DNA of 64,000 bases from a virus (IMGVR_UViG_2811995254_000001:11803-75802); one strand, 5' to 3'. Counted from the first letter of the stretch, positions 19,257-30,251 are shown. The notes: generated by a model from the sequence alone, not told the origin. Made by a program: numbers and translations.

Positions 19257-22200
19257 TTATCTTTTAAACATCCATGGATTAAAGTAAGCAACTTCAGAAT
19301 TGATGGAATATCCAAATACTCTTTCTGTGAAACTTGTAGAACTACCTGCCATCAATGTACCTTTGTTGATGCTGTGAAACATATTCCCATTTTTAATATC
19401 ACCAACTAAGTTTTGTAATTCAACAGACATCTTGCCAAGATAATATCCTCTAAGTAATACAGATTTCATATCAGATAATGCAATTCCTAAAACTGCACTA
19501 TTAGAAAGATTTCCTTGTTCAGCATTTGCACTGTTATTCCATTTTCTCCAGATGCCATCATTACCTAAATAAACTAGTGTAGGTTTATCAACATTAGAGA
19601 ATTTCTGATCGGCTAATATTTCACCCGTACCCTCATAAGGAGAATCTCCTAAATGCTCGTTAGCTTTTGATTCAAGAAAAACACTTATTTGAGATCCATA
19701 ATTTGAAACCCAATCTTCTGAACCATTACCATCTCCACCGCCAATATTATCTTGAATGAATTTCCAGTTTGGAATATCTAAGTCGTTAAGACTACTAGGT
19801 TGTGTTTTATATGATTGAACGTTTGCAAATTCTCCTTTACCATCTGAAAACATCGCATACGCATTGCTACGTATAGAAGCTGACTTTCCATTTCCAATAA
19901 TGAATAGTGGTGAATAATTATTGATTGTATTGGTAGTAGCATTTTGAATAGGATGATTATAGCGACCAGTTACAGTACATCCTCTTTGGTTATTTTGTAA
20001 AAAAGGACCAGTTACAACTCCTTCCATTGCTGTATTTACAGAATAAGGACCTACTACTGTACCATAAGTTCCAAGATTAACGCTTAATGGACCTACAACT
20101 ATACCGTCATTCCCATCTGAATTAGAAGATGTACCTAATGCGATTGCATTCAGCTTAGTCGCTCCACTACTACGACCAAATGCAATTGAGCCATCTCTAG
20201 TGGCTAATGAATCATAGTTAGTGACTCTAATTCCACCACCTGATGTATGTTCCCAAATCGAATCAGCTCCTTGTGCGATCTTTGATATAACATAATCAGC
20301 TATATCTTTTGTTTTCCATACTCTATTAGAAGTATCGGTTCCAGTATTAAGTAATGCTAATGTTCCAGCTGAATATGTTGTATCGGTAGGTAGTGTTTGT
20401 GTTGATAATGTTCCGCTAGAATTAGCAACAACCATTCTGTTTCCAGTACCTGCTAAATTTGTTATTTGAAATTGGTCACCATTACCGGCAAAACCAAAGA
20501 ACCCATCCTGACCATTTTCAGTCCTATCATTTAAAAATCGGTATATACCAAAAGCCGACATACTACCGGAAGTAGAACTACCTACACCACCTAATACATA
20601 AGTTGTATTATTTGCAGTCCAGTTTTGTCTTACTACGCCAGATGCAACATTAGAGTTTGATATTACATTGTTATATAAACTATGACCATCTCTTATTGAT
20701 AATATATTACCTATTTGAGCACTAATTCTTACAGCTCCATTAACATCTAGAATTTCTTGTGGTGACGTAGAAGCCCCTAAACCTATACCAACTTTACCAT
20801 CAGATGTCCATCTAATAGCATTAACACTATTCCAATTTGTTCCTCCTATATAACCATATGTTAACGAACCATTGTTTCCATAATGTCCAATAATATCAAT
20901 AACGTTATCATTATGTTTGGTTCTATGCATGGTTCTAGCCCAAGCACCACTAATTGTAACCATATCTCTTTCTAATAGAGCATAGGTATCAGTTTTCATT
21001 ATTAATCCCGTAGAAGCTGAAGAAATTAAAGGACCTGTCATAGTATCTCCAATTTTCTTAACATAATCATTAGGATTAACATCTGCCTCTGTTAATAATT
21101 TTATCCATGTTGGGGTACTTCCAACTGTCACCAATCTGTTTGATATCCAAGCTTCTCCACCGTGAACTCGTATTAAGTTTGTTCTCGCTGTTTCCCCTGA
21201 ACCATCATAAGGCATTGATAAAATACTCCCTCTATGATTAGCATCTGTTGAATATCTAAACAATCTACCTAATTGAATATCTGCAGAAGTTATGTCTGTA
21301 AAAGGAACAGCTATTCTGCCAATACCATATTGGTGATAGTCTTCCATATTACCTGTATGCCATAACTCATGCCATTTATTATAAGTTGCTGCCTTAGTTC
21401 TAAACGCTAATCTACCACCTACGCCGCCTGAATTATGCCCATTTTCATAATGAAACTGAATATTTAAATTATCAGAGTGTGATGCAAATTCAATTAAACC
21501 ACCATATCCAGAGAAGGCTCCATTTTGCAACCAACCACTGGTATTATAGTTTGAAATATAACCTCCAGTATTATTAAAATATGTATCCGCATCTCCTAAT
21601 GCAGACTTTGCTTTAATATAAGAATTATACCAATACCCCTTAGATTCAACCCATGATTGATAAGCAATCTCTTCCCAATCAGTCCATGTTGAAGTACCTG
21701 TTTTTGTTCTAATACCAAACCCACTATTTCTAGTTGGTGATTTTCTTAATTGCCAATTGAATGTTGAGTTAGTTCCAAAATTCAAATGGTGATAGTAGTC
21801 TAATGAACCTACTGTATTATTCTGTGTGTAGAAAGCAATATTACCTTTAGCATCATCTGCGTTAACTGATGATTTCTGAGCATAATATTTCCCAAGAATT
21901 GTATCTGTAGAGGTAGGCAATAAAGCAAAAGCATAATCATATTTTTGTTCCACAACCCAATCTTTAGTTGCAGGATTTACTAAATTACTACTATGCCAAA
22001 AAGAGCTCCAGTTTCGATAAGTACCCGCTTCTAAACTTCTAAACCAGATGTTCATGTTTCTAGCAGCTATTTGAAAACCATAATCAGCTAAACCAGATAG
22101 TGTGATGATTGTAGAGTTTATATTAGAAGGTCTATTGTCCCCAGTGGCATAAATAACAGAATCACGCTGTAAGTCTACATCAGCACCTACTGATTTACTT

Positions 22201-22646
22201 ATAAAGGTTCTATTATCTCCTAAGTTTAAATATTTTCCTAGATGATTACCCCAACCAAAGGACGTGTCCCAATTTGATATTCTAGGATCGTCAGAAAATA
22301 AAACTGTTGCATCTGTCAAATCTGTTTTTACTATTCTCCTAAAAGCAGGTGTACCATTCATCGCTGTAGGTGCCAGGAATGCTGTGCCTTGTAATTGGTT
22401 TTTTAAGGATACAACTAAACTACGGTTATTGTAATCTAAGCTTTCAGTATTTAGATTAAAGATAGAAGGAAATGCAACTGATAAACCAGGGATATACGAC
22501 TCCTTACTTGCTGTACTAATTGTACCAAGTTCACGTTTATACAAATTGCCCTCAGTTTGGACAATAGCAGAAAGACTACTATTTGAAATTGGCAGATTCT
22601 CAATAGTAGCAGTACCTTCTATTACTACATTATTGCCTATTTTCAT
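19257..22646 (-). CDS. Long tail fibre / receptor-binding protein
   Basis: Repeated knob-type units (WFRS..W..FWHS.N; RTK...W.E; FRTK..W.ELWHTGN), YVKK.GDTMTG.L, YadA-like head repeats (SIAFG, AIALG, GIVVG). Confidence 0.85.
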   Translation of the reverse strand: MKIGNNVVIEGTATIENLPISNSSLSAIVQTEGNLYKRELGTISTASKESYIPGLSVAFPSIFNLNTESLDYNNRSLVVSLKNQLQGTAFLAPTAMNGTPAFRRIVKTDLTDATVLFSDDPRISNWDTSFGWGNHLGKYLNLGDNRTFISKSVGADVDLQRDSVIYATGDNRPSNINSTIITLSGLADYGFQIAARNMNIWFRSLEAGTYRNWSSFWHSSNLVNPATKDWVVEQKYDYAFALLPTSTDTILGKYYAQKSSVNADDAKGNIAFYTQNNTVGSLDYYHHLNFGTNSTFNWQLRKSPTRNSGFGIRTKTGTSTWTDWEEIAYQSWVESKGYWYNSYIKAKSALGDADTYFNNTGGYISNYNTSGWLQNGAFSGYGGLIEFASHSDNLNIQFHYENGHNSGGVGGRLAFRTKAATYNKWHELWHTGNMEDYHQYGIGRIAVPFTDITSADIQLGRLFRYSTDANHRGSILSMPYDGSGETARTNLIRVHGGEAWISNRLVTVGSTPTWIKLLTEADVNPNDYVKKIGDTMTGPLISSASTGLIMKTDTYALLERDMVTISGAWARTMHRTKHNDNVIDIIGHYGNNGSLTYGYIGGTNWNSVNAIRWTSDGKVGIGLGASTSPQEILDVNGAVRISAQIGNILSIRDGHSLYNNVISNSNVASGVVRQNWTANNTTYVLGGVGSSTSGSMSAFGIYRFLNDRTENGQDGFFGFAGNGDQFQITNLAGTGNRMVVANSSGTLSTQTLPTDTTYSAGTLALLNTGTDTSNRVWKTKDIADYVISKIAQGADSIWEHTSGGGIRVTNYDSLATRDGSIAFGRSSGATKLNAIALGTSSNSDGNDGIVVGPLSVNLGTYGTVVGPYSVNTAMEGVVTGPFLQNNQRGCTVTGRYNHPIQNATTNTINNYSPLFIIGNGKSASIRSNAYAMFSDGKGEFANVQSYKTQPSSLNDLDIPNWKFIQDNIGGGDGNGSEDWVSNYGSQISVFLESKANEHLGDSPYEGTGEILADQKFSNVDKPTLVYLGNDGIWRKWNNSANAEQGNLSNSAVLGIALSDMKSVLLRGYYLGKMSVELQNLVGDIKNGNMFHSINKGTLMAGSSTSFTERVFGYSINSEVAYFNPWMFKR

Positions 22647-22649
22647 CTA

Positions 22650-23852
22650 TTAACCTTTTGGAATGATTACTACTTTAATTTTATTTAAACCTGGTGGTCT
22701 TCCAAGCGACACCAAAATTTGAGTATTACTAATAATTTGATAATCTACTAGGTATTTTATCTTAGAAGGCATTTCGAAAAAATCTGCAATCAAATCTTCT
22801 GTATTCAAACCATGTTCAATTGTGAATTTACTATTAGTAGCATCACCAAATAAAGCTGAATATCCTTTATTTGAAGCAGCATCCACAACAGCCTTAACCT
22901 TAGCAGGTGTCATAATTGTTGTGTTGTCTGTGCCTTCTAAAGCTTCTGCGTTTGTAGCTATTTTAGCAAGACCTGTACGAGATTCAGTAGCTGTTCTAGC
23001 AGATAATCCAGCTGGAGTAATTGCTTTAGTGTTGTTTGTTCCTGTTTGAACTTCGGCATTTGTTGCTAGCATAACCATTCCTAGAATAGTAGCAGTCGCT
23101 TGGTCCGCATTAGTCTGCAAGAAAATATAATCATTCGCATTAGTATTGCTAGGATTATCCTTATTTGCAATAATTACATCCCCCACTTGAAAAGGAACTC
23201 CTTGGATTGAACCTGCAACAGTTACATACCAAAAATCTGCTTTCTTTGTATTAGTGCCCCCAGGAAAGTTTGTATTGGCAGCCGCATCATAACCACCTAC
23301 TAATTTACCTAATCCCGCTACTGCAGAATCAACATAAGCCTTTACAGCTCCACTTGTTACAAGTGAAGTTCCATTTGCCCCTGATAAGTCATTTGCATTA
23401 ATAATTGGAATAGCTGAGGATACACCTGTACCTGCAGCAGTTCGACCAATAACAGTCATTGTAGGAATATCATTAATCTTAGCGAATGTGATATTCTTAT
23501 CAGTCACCTTAACTGTTGTTACTGAATTCGAAGCTAATTTTGCAGTAGTAACACCTGCATCTTTTATTCGTACAACACCTGCTCCAATTTCGATTGTGGC
23601 ATTATCAAGATTTAAATTTATTGTTGCTATTCCATCTGCCTGTGCAACATTTAAACCTCCATCTGTATTCTCTACTTTATCTAAAGAACCTAACTTAACC
23701 CATCTTGTGCCATTCCAAAACAAAATAGCTTTATCTGTTGTGTTAGTATATATCTGACCTTCAACAGGGCTAGCTGGCGGTTGAGGGCGAGGATCTAACG
23801 GTATATTGATTACCGCATTTTGATCAGCATTTAAAGTGTTTCCTATTATCAT
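22650..23852 (-). CDS. Tail fibre (proximal)
   Basis: AT....G...LAT.AE...GT.....ITPA repeats; VTTAKLA repeats; C-terminal HGLNT. Confidence 0.8.
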   Translation of the reverse strand: MIIGNTLNADQNAVINIPLDPRPQPPASPVEGQIYTNTTDKAILFWNGTRWVKLGSLDKVENTDGGLNVAQADGIATINLNLDNATIEIGAGVVRIKDAGVTTAKLASNSVTTVKVTDKNITFAKINDIPTMTVIGRTAAGTGVSSAIPIINANDLSGANGTSLVTSGAVKAYVDSAVAGLGKLVGGYDAAANTNFPGGTNTKKADFWYVTVAGSIQGVPFQVGDVIIANKDNPSNTNANDYIFLQTNADQATATILGMVMLATNAEVQTGTNNTKAITPAGLSARTATESRTGLAKIATNAEALEGTDNTTIMTPAKVKAVVDAASNKGYSALFGDATNSKFTIEHGLNTEDLIADFFEMPSKIKYLVDYQIISNTQILVSLGRPPGLNKIKVVIIPKG

Positions 23853-23854
23853 TC

Positions 23855-24286
23855 TTACTTGATTAATACAATTCCAGTTTGGGGCTTTCCAAAAATGACA
23901 ATGATTGTATTTAAATCTTCTTCGTAATGTATAGTAGTTAAAATCTTTTCTGTTCCAATTATTATTGTTGGTTCTACATATCTGCCTAGGTTGTGAGGAA
24001 TAACAACTTCAGATAAATTACTGAATTGGTAAGTTTTGCCTGCAATATCCTTTGCTGTAGCGAACTTGTCAACTCCATTTTCACCATCATTAATTAAATC
24101 AGATGTTTTTTTGGGTACCTCAAAATCTATTTCAACCTCCTTTTTAATTACTTCAGTTAAACTCTTAACTGAAAAGGTTTTGGTTTGAAGCACTTTTTTA
24201 TTAGCGGAATCAGTACCTATAAGGTAATCTTCAAGAGTTACATTGTAATCTTCAGGGTAGACCTCTTTATTACTAATTTTTGCCAT
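23855..24286 (-). CDS. Tail fibre hub/structural protein
   Basis: MAKIS..Y...D.LIGTD...TK.F N-terminus; HNLG domain. Confidence 0.6.
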   Translation of the reverse strand: MAKISNKEVYPEDYNVTLEDYLIGTDSANKKVLQTKTFSVKSLTEVIKKEVEIDFEVPKKTSDLINDGENGVDKFATAKDIAGKTYQFSNLSEVVIPHNLGRYVEPTIIIGTEKILTTIHYEEDLNTIIVIFGKPQTGIVLIK

Positions 24287-24287
24287 T

Positions 24288-24347
24288 ATAAATAAAATCT
24301 ATTATAAAATCAAAGATAATAAGTTTTATCTATTATTTGTATATTTG
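24288..24347. promoter_or_regulatory. Divergent late promoters with ATAR-N7-YTAT boxes
   Basis: Minus TATCTTTG at 24311-24318 with boxes at 24288-24302 and 24319-24333; plus TATATTTG at 24340-24347. Confidence 0.7.
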
Positions 24348-24382
24348 TTATATAAAAACTGCTGATTATAAAACTTTTAATT

Positions 24383-27300
24383 ATGCCAAACATCAGAAGA
24401 ACATTTGTAAAAGGAGTAATGAATAAGGATGTTGATGAACGTCTTTTAGATGATGGTTACTACCGACATGCTGAAAATATTATAATAAATACATCTGAAG
24501 GAAGTGATGTTGGTGCAATTGAAAAGTGTTTGTCCAACAAGCAACTCATAAATTTTTCAGGTTTGTTTAGCCTTGGAAGTAATATAGAAACAGTTGGTTC
24601 ATACAGTGATGAAGCTAAAAACAAACTTTATTGGTGGGTAATTTCTAGTAAAGGTTGTTACCTTTTCGGGTACGATTTTAATACAAAAACTATTGAAGGA
24701 ATACTACTTGATTCTAGGCCTTTATCAACAAGAGTGCTTAAGTTAAAAAGGAATACCAAAATCACAGGGATAGCTAAGATTATTTCAGAGGATGATTCAA
24801 AAGACATGTTGTTGTGGACAGACAATAATATGGAAATTTGCTGTATTAATATTCAGCGCGCAAAGTCATATTACGCAAATGAATTTCAAAAGGAAGATAT
24901 TTATTTAATCAAGAAACCGCCAACTAAAGCACCAAGAATACAAAAAACATTTGATAGACTTTCTTCTAATAATATAGAAGAAAAATTCATCTCTTTTTCC
25001 TATCGTTATAAATATCTTGATGGAGAATTTTCTGCTATGGCCCCGTTTACTGAATACGCTTTTGAACCAAAAGAATTGGAAATCGATTTTTCTACTCAAG
25101 ATAACTTGAGTATGATCAATAAGTTTAATTCGGTAAAGGTTTTTTTTAATACTGGAGATAAACGTGTAAAAGAAATCCAGGTTCTTGCAAAAGAATCAAA
25201 TTCTAACAATGTTTATATTGTTGAAACTTTCAATAAGAAAAAAGAAAGTATTGGTCATAATCAAGAGAAAAGTTTGAGTTATTCAAATAATAAACTTTAC
25301 AAGGTTTTGTCTGAAAAAGATTTTTTCAAGCAGTATGATAATGTACCAAGAAAAGCAAAAGCCCTTGATGTTATTGGTAATCGTGTCGTATTAGGCAACT
25401 ACACAGAAGGTTATGATTTAAAGGATAACCAAAAAAAAGATATTAATATTGATTTTAGATTAAGTAGTACTTCATCAGAAATTGATAAAGGCTTAATAAC
25501 TTCCGTTAATTCAGGAAGACAGCAATTGAAGTTAAACAACAGACTAAATCTATATAAAAAAGGGTATGGAATTAAAGTCTTTTTAGACGTTTTGAATGAT
25601 TATTATTCTGAAAGTAATCCGAATTATGGAGCTACCTTAATTTCAGAAACATTTTTATTTACATTATATAAAGATTTCTCTAGTCTAAATGAAATATATA
25701 ATGACAATGCTTTTTCTGATTTTACTAACAGTATTAATTATTATATAGAAGCAAATATTGCCAATTGGAAACTAAATCCAACTGATACTATAAATGAGTA
25801 TCCAAAAGTAAGTTTTCGATTTTTAGGCAATGATTTGTTGTTAAATATTAGCCATGGATTGCTTACACAAGGACCAGCAGGAGGAGGCCAATTATGGACT
25901 AAGTTTTCCGATGAAGCCTATTTTTCAGTTGTTGAGGCTGGGAAAGGACAATCCTTAAAATCAAATCGAGATTATGAAGCAGCAATTGTCTATGCTGATG
26001 AATTTGGGAGATGTTCAACTGCTATAACTTCTTTAGAAAATTCGATTTATATTGATCCAAGCAAATCAGCATCAATTAATAAGTTGCAGATAGAGATAAA
26101 AAACAAAGCCCCTTATTGGGCAACCTCTTATAGATTTGCTATCAAATCGGCTCCCTTAAATTATTCAAATATAATTGTAAGTAGGTTTTATGTTGAGGAT
26201 GATTTTGTATGGTGTAAACTAGAAGGAAGCTCTAAGGATAAAGTCAATGAAGGGGATATTCTTATTCTAAAAAAAGACACTTATGCTGAAGCAACCAAAC
26301 TTACAACTATCCCTATCCTTGAAAAAAAGAATCAGCCCAAAGATTTTATTCAAGGAAATAAAGATGCTAGTGGAAATGATATCATAGAAGAAGCAGGTAC
26401 ATACATTCGGATAAAAGCAGAAGGTTTCGTAATGAATGAGAATAACTATAAAATATATCAAGATTCAAAAAGTGACACACGAAAAACAAGAGGTAGATTT
26501 CCTGATGTAACATTAGTTTTGCCAATTGAAGGTAGGTGGGTGGATTTAGAGTTGACAGAAGGATCAAGTGTTTATTTATGGATGTATTCTAGAAATCATT
26601 TAGACGCAGGATGGCAGGAAAATACATTTGAAAAGGAATGGTTAATCAATAAAGAGAATTACAACCTTCAAAAATGGTATGAAGAGTATATCCACGAAAA
26701 AGATTTGTGGGGAACTTCAGGAAATGATATTCAAAACTATAGAAGAAAAGTAAAAAAGGTAGATTCAAACGGTAAAGATGGACTTTATATTGATGGAACT
26801 CATAGTGCTTCATCTGGTGGAAGAAGAGGATATTTAGATGCGAAAATGGTAGTTAGGACAAATACTGGGTATTACATTTTTGAAACAGAAGAAAAAAAGA
26901 ATTTAGATACTGGTATTTTCTATAAGACATCCCAATCATTTGATATTGTAAATGGATTACACCAAGGAAATATTTCTAATCAAACAACGACATCAGCTGC
27001 TAAAATTGAATTAGATTTCTTTAACTGTTTTGCTTTTGGAAACGGATTAGAATCATATCAAATAAAAGATAAGTTCAATGCGAATGCTTTGAATATTGAT
27101 TTGCAACCAACTTCAACAAGTGAAGAGGATTATTCGGAAGTTACAAGGTATTCAGATTTAACTTATTCCGAATCATTTATAGAATCTACTGGATTCAATG
27201 GGATTAGTTCCTTTAATCAAACCTTAATCAATTGGAAGGAATTAGATAAAGGGAATGGACCCATTCAAAAGATAGTTGCAAGAGAAGGTAATTTACTTGT

Positions 27301-28663
27301 CTACCAAACAGATAAGGTATCACAAGTACTGTATGGAAAAGATGTGATGTATAATGCTGATGGCACCTCAAATGTAGCCAAAGTTCCTTATGTATTAGGT
27401 GAATCCGTTCCTTATGCAGGAGAATATGGAATGTCACACCCAGAATCATTTGAAAAAGAAGGTAATCGATGTTATTGGGTAGATGCTAAGCGTGGGCAAG
27501 TACTTCGCTTATCAAATAATGGAATTAGCCCAATTACCTATGGTTTGGAAGGATGGTTTAGAGATAATTTAACCAATAAACAAAATGCTAAAATACTCGG
27601 AGGATATGATCCTTATACTAAACTATTTAATTTGACAATTGGAGATACACCAAATTATATCTCTCAAATAGTTAGTGGTTCTGAATTGGCAAGATATCGA
27701 GTAAGTGATGAATTTGTTTTTGAATTAGCCTTGTCTAGACGAGTTGGTCAAACTATTTTTGAATATGATATTACAGAGGGTAGAGCTACAATTTCTGCAA
27801 CTTACGCTGGACGAGAATATGTAGAATCCAATGTGACCGGAATCGGACAACTTATTATCAATGTTGACGAAACAGAAACTGCAGAAATACAAACAACAGT
27901 AGTTCCTACAACAGAAACTGCGACATATTCTATTCGCTCATTTTCCCCTGAAGGAATTTCACAACGAATCACATTTATTACCTTGTCAAATGATATGGTT
28001 TATGGACTTAATGTGAATCATAGTATTTCTATAAATGGCGGACCAGAATTCTTTGATCAATTACTTATAGAAGATAATAACATAAATCAGTTTTCAGAAG
28101 AAATAGGCATCCAAGGAGAAGGTAAGTTCCCTAAGAAATCTGATACTATAACATTGAGAAGTTATAGTGATAGCGATATAGCTGATTTAGCCATTGGTTA
28201 TGTTATATCAGATGAAAATTATTCAGAATCAGATTTACCTAAACTTATTAGCCAGGTTGTTCCATTAAAAACTATAAGCGGAAAAGAGATTGAGGGTTCA
28301 TTTGATTTTACTTCTGAAGGTAATATTTATGTTGTCTATAATTATGGAGGATACAATCCTAATTATGAAAAAGTGTTGCCTCCCTCTTATTTTGAATTAG
28401 GAATTGGGGCAGATAAATCCTCAATCGATATTAAGTTTAAAAACGAGCAAGATAATTCCATTGTGAAAGGAAATGAAATCTCATATAGAAACTCAAAGGA
28501 AACACAATGGAGTGAAATTATATTTATTCCATATGTTGATAGTACTGAGCAAAATCACACTATTTCTGATTTATCCAATGGGTCAGAATATGAGGTAAGA
28601 ATTAGAACAATAGGTATTGATAATAGTACTTCTGATTATTTAATTGAAACGATTGCACTATGA
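24383..28663 (+). CDS. Tail nozzle/muzzle (stabilisation) protein with C-terminal Ig/FN3 domains
   Basis: F..G.MNKD.DERL...Y..A.N, FSYRYKY.DGE.S, YAGEYG...PESF; C-terminal FN3 (L..G.EYEVRIR). Confidence 0.85.
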   Translation: MPNIRRTFVKGVMNKDVDERLLDDGYYRHAENIIINTSEGSDVGAIEKCLSNKQLINFSGLFSLGSNIETVGSYSDEAKNKLYWWVISSKGCYLFGYDFNTKTIEGILLDSRPLSTRVLKLKRNTKITGIAKIISEDDSKDMLLWTDNNMEICCINIQRAKSYYANEFQKEDIYLIKKPPTKAPRIQKTFDRLSSNNIEEKFISFSYRYKYLDGEFSAMAPFTEYAFEPKELEIDFSTQDNLSMINKFNSVKVFFNTGDKRVKEIQVLAKESNSNNVYIVETFNKKKESIGHNQEKSLSYSNNKLYKVLSEKDFFKQYDNVPRKAKALDVIGNRVVLGNYTEGYDLKDNQKKDINIDFRLSSTSSEIDKGLITSVNSGRQQLKLNNRLNLYKKGYGIKVFLDVLNDYYSESNPNYGATLISETFLFTLYKDFSSLNEIYNDNAFSDFTNSINYYIEANIANWKLNPTDTINEYPKVSFRFLGNDLLLNISHGLLTQGPAGGGQLWTKFSDEAYFSVVEAGKGQSLKSNRDYEAAIVYADEFGRCSTAITSLENSIYIDPSKSASINKLQIEIKNKAPYWATSYRFAIKSAPLNYSNIIVSRFYVEDDFVWCKLEGSSKDKVNEGDILILKKDTYAEATKLTTIPILEKKNQPKDFIQGNKDASGNDIIEEAGTYIRIKAEGFVMNENNYKIYQDSKSDTRKTRGRFPDVTLVLPIEGRWVDLELTEGSSVYLWMYSRNHLDAGWQENTFEKEWLINKENYNLQKWYEEYIHEKDLWGTSGNDIQNYRRKVKKVDSNGKDGLYIDGTHSASSGGRRGYLDAKMVVRTNTGYYIFETEEKKNLDTGIFYKTSQSFDIVNGLHQGNISNQTTTSAAKIELDFFNCFAFGNGLESYQIKDKFNANALNIDLQPTSTSEEDYSEVTRYSDLTYSESFIESTGFNGISSFNQTLINWKELDKGNGPIQKIVAREGNLLVYQTDKVSQVLYGKDVMYNADGTSNVAKVPYVLGESVPYAGEYGMSHPESFEKEGNRCYWVDAKRGQVLRLSNNGISPITYGLEGWFRDNLTNKQNAKILGGYDPYTKLFNLTIGDTPNYISQIVSGSELARYRVSDEFVFELALSRRVGQTIFEYDITEGRATISATYAGREYVESNVTGIGQLIINVDETETAEIQTTVVPTTETATYSIRSFSPEGISQRITFITLSNDMVYGLNVNHSISINGGPEFFDQLLIEDNNINQFSEEIGIQGEGKFPKKSDTITLRSYSDSDIADLAIGYVISDENYSESDLPKLISQVVPLKTISGKEIEGSFDFTSEGNIYVVYNYGGYNPNYEKVLPPSYFELGIGADKSSIDIKFKNEQDNSIVKGNEISYRNSKETQWSEIIFIPYVDSTEQNHTISDLSNGSEYEVRIRTIGIDNSTSDYLIETIAL

Positions 28664-29379
28664 AAACATTAGGGTTTAAAGAAAAAGAAACTGGATGGGT
28701 GTCATTCTTTAGTTTTTTGCCTGACGCTTATTTACGACTTGGCGGAACTGCCTTTGTTATTAAAGACGGAAACCTTTGGCAGCAGAATGATAAATCTAAT
28801 CCAATTACCAATACTTTTTTTGGTGTAAAGTATCCATCAAAAATAAATACAGTGTTTAATGAGGTCCAAACCGATGACAAGATTTTCAAAACATTTGTAA
28901 TTGAAGGTAGCTCGTCTTGGGATGTTGAAATAAAGACTAACCTTACAAAAACTTCTTTAAAAGCTACGGACTTCAATAAAAAGGAAAGTAGATACTTTGC
29001 TTATTTGCGAGGAAATGAACAAGAAGGAGATTTGAACGGAAACGCACAAGGAGTCGGAATTTGTCAAAGTAATAATTCTGATACTTTGTTCTTTAAAAGA
29101 GTTTCAGAACTTACAAATGTTGGGGATCAACTATTTAAATTAGATGGGGATCAATCACTTTTAATTGGAAATATAATTGATAAATCAGAAACTTCTATTC
29201 GAGTTGATGTCAACCTAGTGGACAGTTATAATGGGTTCTTTATCCTATCTAGCAGAAACGCTAGAATTGATGGAGGAGAAATACGCGGTTATTATGCGGA
29301 TATAGAAATGATAAATAATGATGATAAGCAAGTTGAATTATTTGCTATTAATTCTAATATCGTAAAAAGTTATGTTTAA
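28660..29379 (+). CDS. Muzzle C-terminal-like structural protein
   Basis: TL.F.E...GW.SF.SF.PD, K.FKT...EG, RGYY...ELFA; ATGA overlap with the upstream gene. Confidence 0.7.
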   Translation: MKTLGFKEKETGWVSFFSFLPDAYLRLGGTAFVIKDGNLWQQNDKSNPITNTFFGVKYPSKINTVFNEVQTDDKIFKTFVIEGSSSWDVEIKTNLTKTSLKATDFNKKESRYFAYLRGNEQEGDLNGNAQGVGICQSNNSDTLFFKRVSELTNVGDQLFKLDGDQSLLIGNIIDKSETSIRVDVNLVDSYNGFFILSSRNARIDGGEIRGYYADIEMINNDDKQVELFAINSNIVKSYV

Positions 29380-29773
29380 TGCTCGTGTTTTAAAAGAAGA
29401 AGATTACCAAGAATTAGTTTCTTGGTGGACTTGGTGGAGATTCCCCCCTCCTTTGCAGGAAATGTTACCTAACAATGGAACCTGCGGTATTATGCTTTCA
29501 AAAGAAGGTATTAATATCTGTGCAGGATTCATATACTATACTAATTCAAAAATATGTTGGATAGAGTTTGTTGTGTCAAATCCAGACTATCGCGAATCGG
29601 ATAGAAAAGAAGCTTTAGTTTCGCTTATCAATGAACTTGGCAAAATAGCTAAAAGCCAAGGTTACAAAGTAGCTTATACCAATCTTAAAAACGCTTCTTT
29701 AATCAATCACTTTTCAGATTGTCAATATATTAAAGGCTCTACAGAAACAACTGAGATGATAAAAGTGTTATAA
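29372..29773 (+). CDS. GNAT-like acetyltransferase of the podovirus ejection cluster
   Basis: ICAGF.Y.TNS...W.E.VVSNP.YR; position between nozzle and ejection proteins. Confidence 0.75.
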   Translation: MFNARVLKEEDYQELVSWWTWWRFPPPLQEMLPNNGTCGIMLSKEGINICAGFIYYTNSKICWIEFVVSNPDYRESDRKEALVSLINELGKIAKSQGYKVAYTNLKNASLINHFSDCQYIKGSTETTEMIKVL

Positions 29774-29810
29774 TATTAAAAGCGACTTCAAAAAGTCGCC
29801 TTTAATATTA
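29770..29810. terminator. Bidirectional terminator
   Basis: TAATATTAAAAGCGACT/AGTCGCCTTTAATATTA between convergent genes. Confidence 0.7.
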
Positions 29811-29817
29811 TAAACTA

Positions 29818-30144
29818 TTAATTTCCTATTGTTCCCTTAGCAGGAGTAAAACTTGCAATCTTAACACCGTTCGGTAGTTCTTGATACTCACATAGGTGGT
29901 CAAATATCATTTGTGTAATTTGATCAGGATGTTGACTTAGAAGTGAATTGCAAACTGAAAAATGAAAAGTACCTGCTGCCCCATAATAAACGGATGAAAA
30001 AGGCCAACAGTAACTAGATAAATTTTCACTAATAACACTAATTTCTACACAAAAATCAGGATTAATATCTGGCGGTGTATTCCCTGTTTGAGCAAAAGCT
30101 CCCATTGAAAAACAAAACGCTAATCCTAATAATAATTTCTTCAT
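29818..30144 (-). CDS. Small secreted Cys-containing moron protein
   Basis: Signal peptide MKKLLLGLAFCFSMGAFA-Q; four Cys in the mature part. Confidence 0.75.
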   Translation of the reverse strand: MKKLLLGLAFCFSMGAFAQTGNTPPDINPDFCVEISVISENLSSYCWPFSSVYYGAAGTFHFSVCNSLLSQHPDQITQMIFDHLCEYQELPNGVKIASFTPAKGTIGN

Positions 30145-30251
30145 AATATATAATTTTAAAAATTGGTTAGTTTAAATGTATATAATGTTAATTTGATTAA
30201 AAATTAAATACCCTACATTTAACTTAATGTACAGTTTTACTATACATTAAA

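Noticed and set aside
19257-24286. Diversity-generating retroelement or invertible tail-fibre cassette
   Set aside because: No reverse transcriptase, template/variable repeat pair or invertase seen in the window
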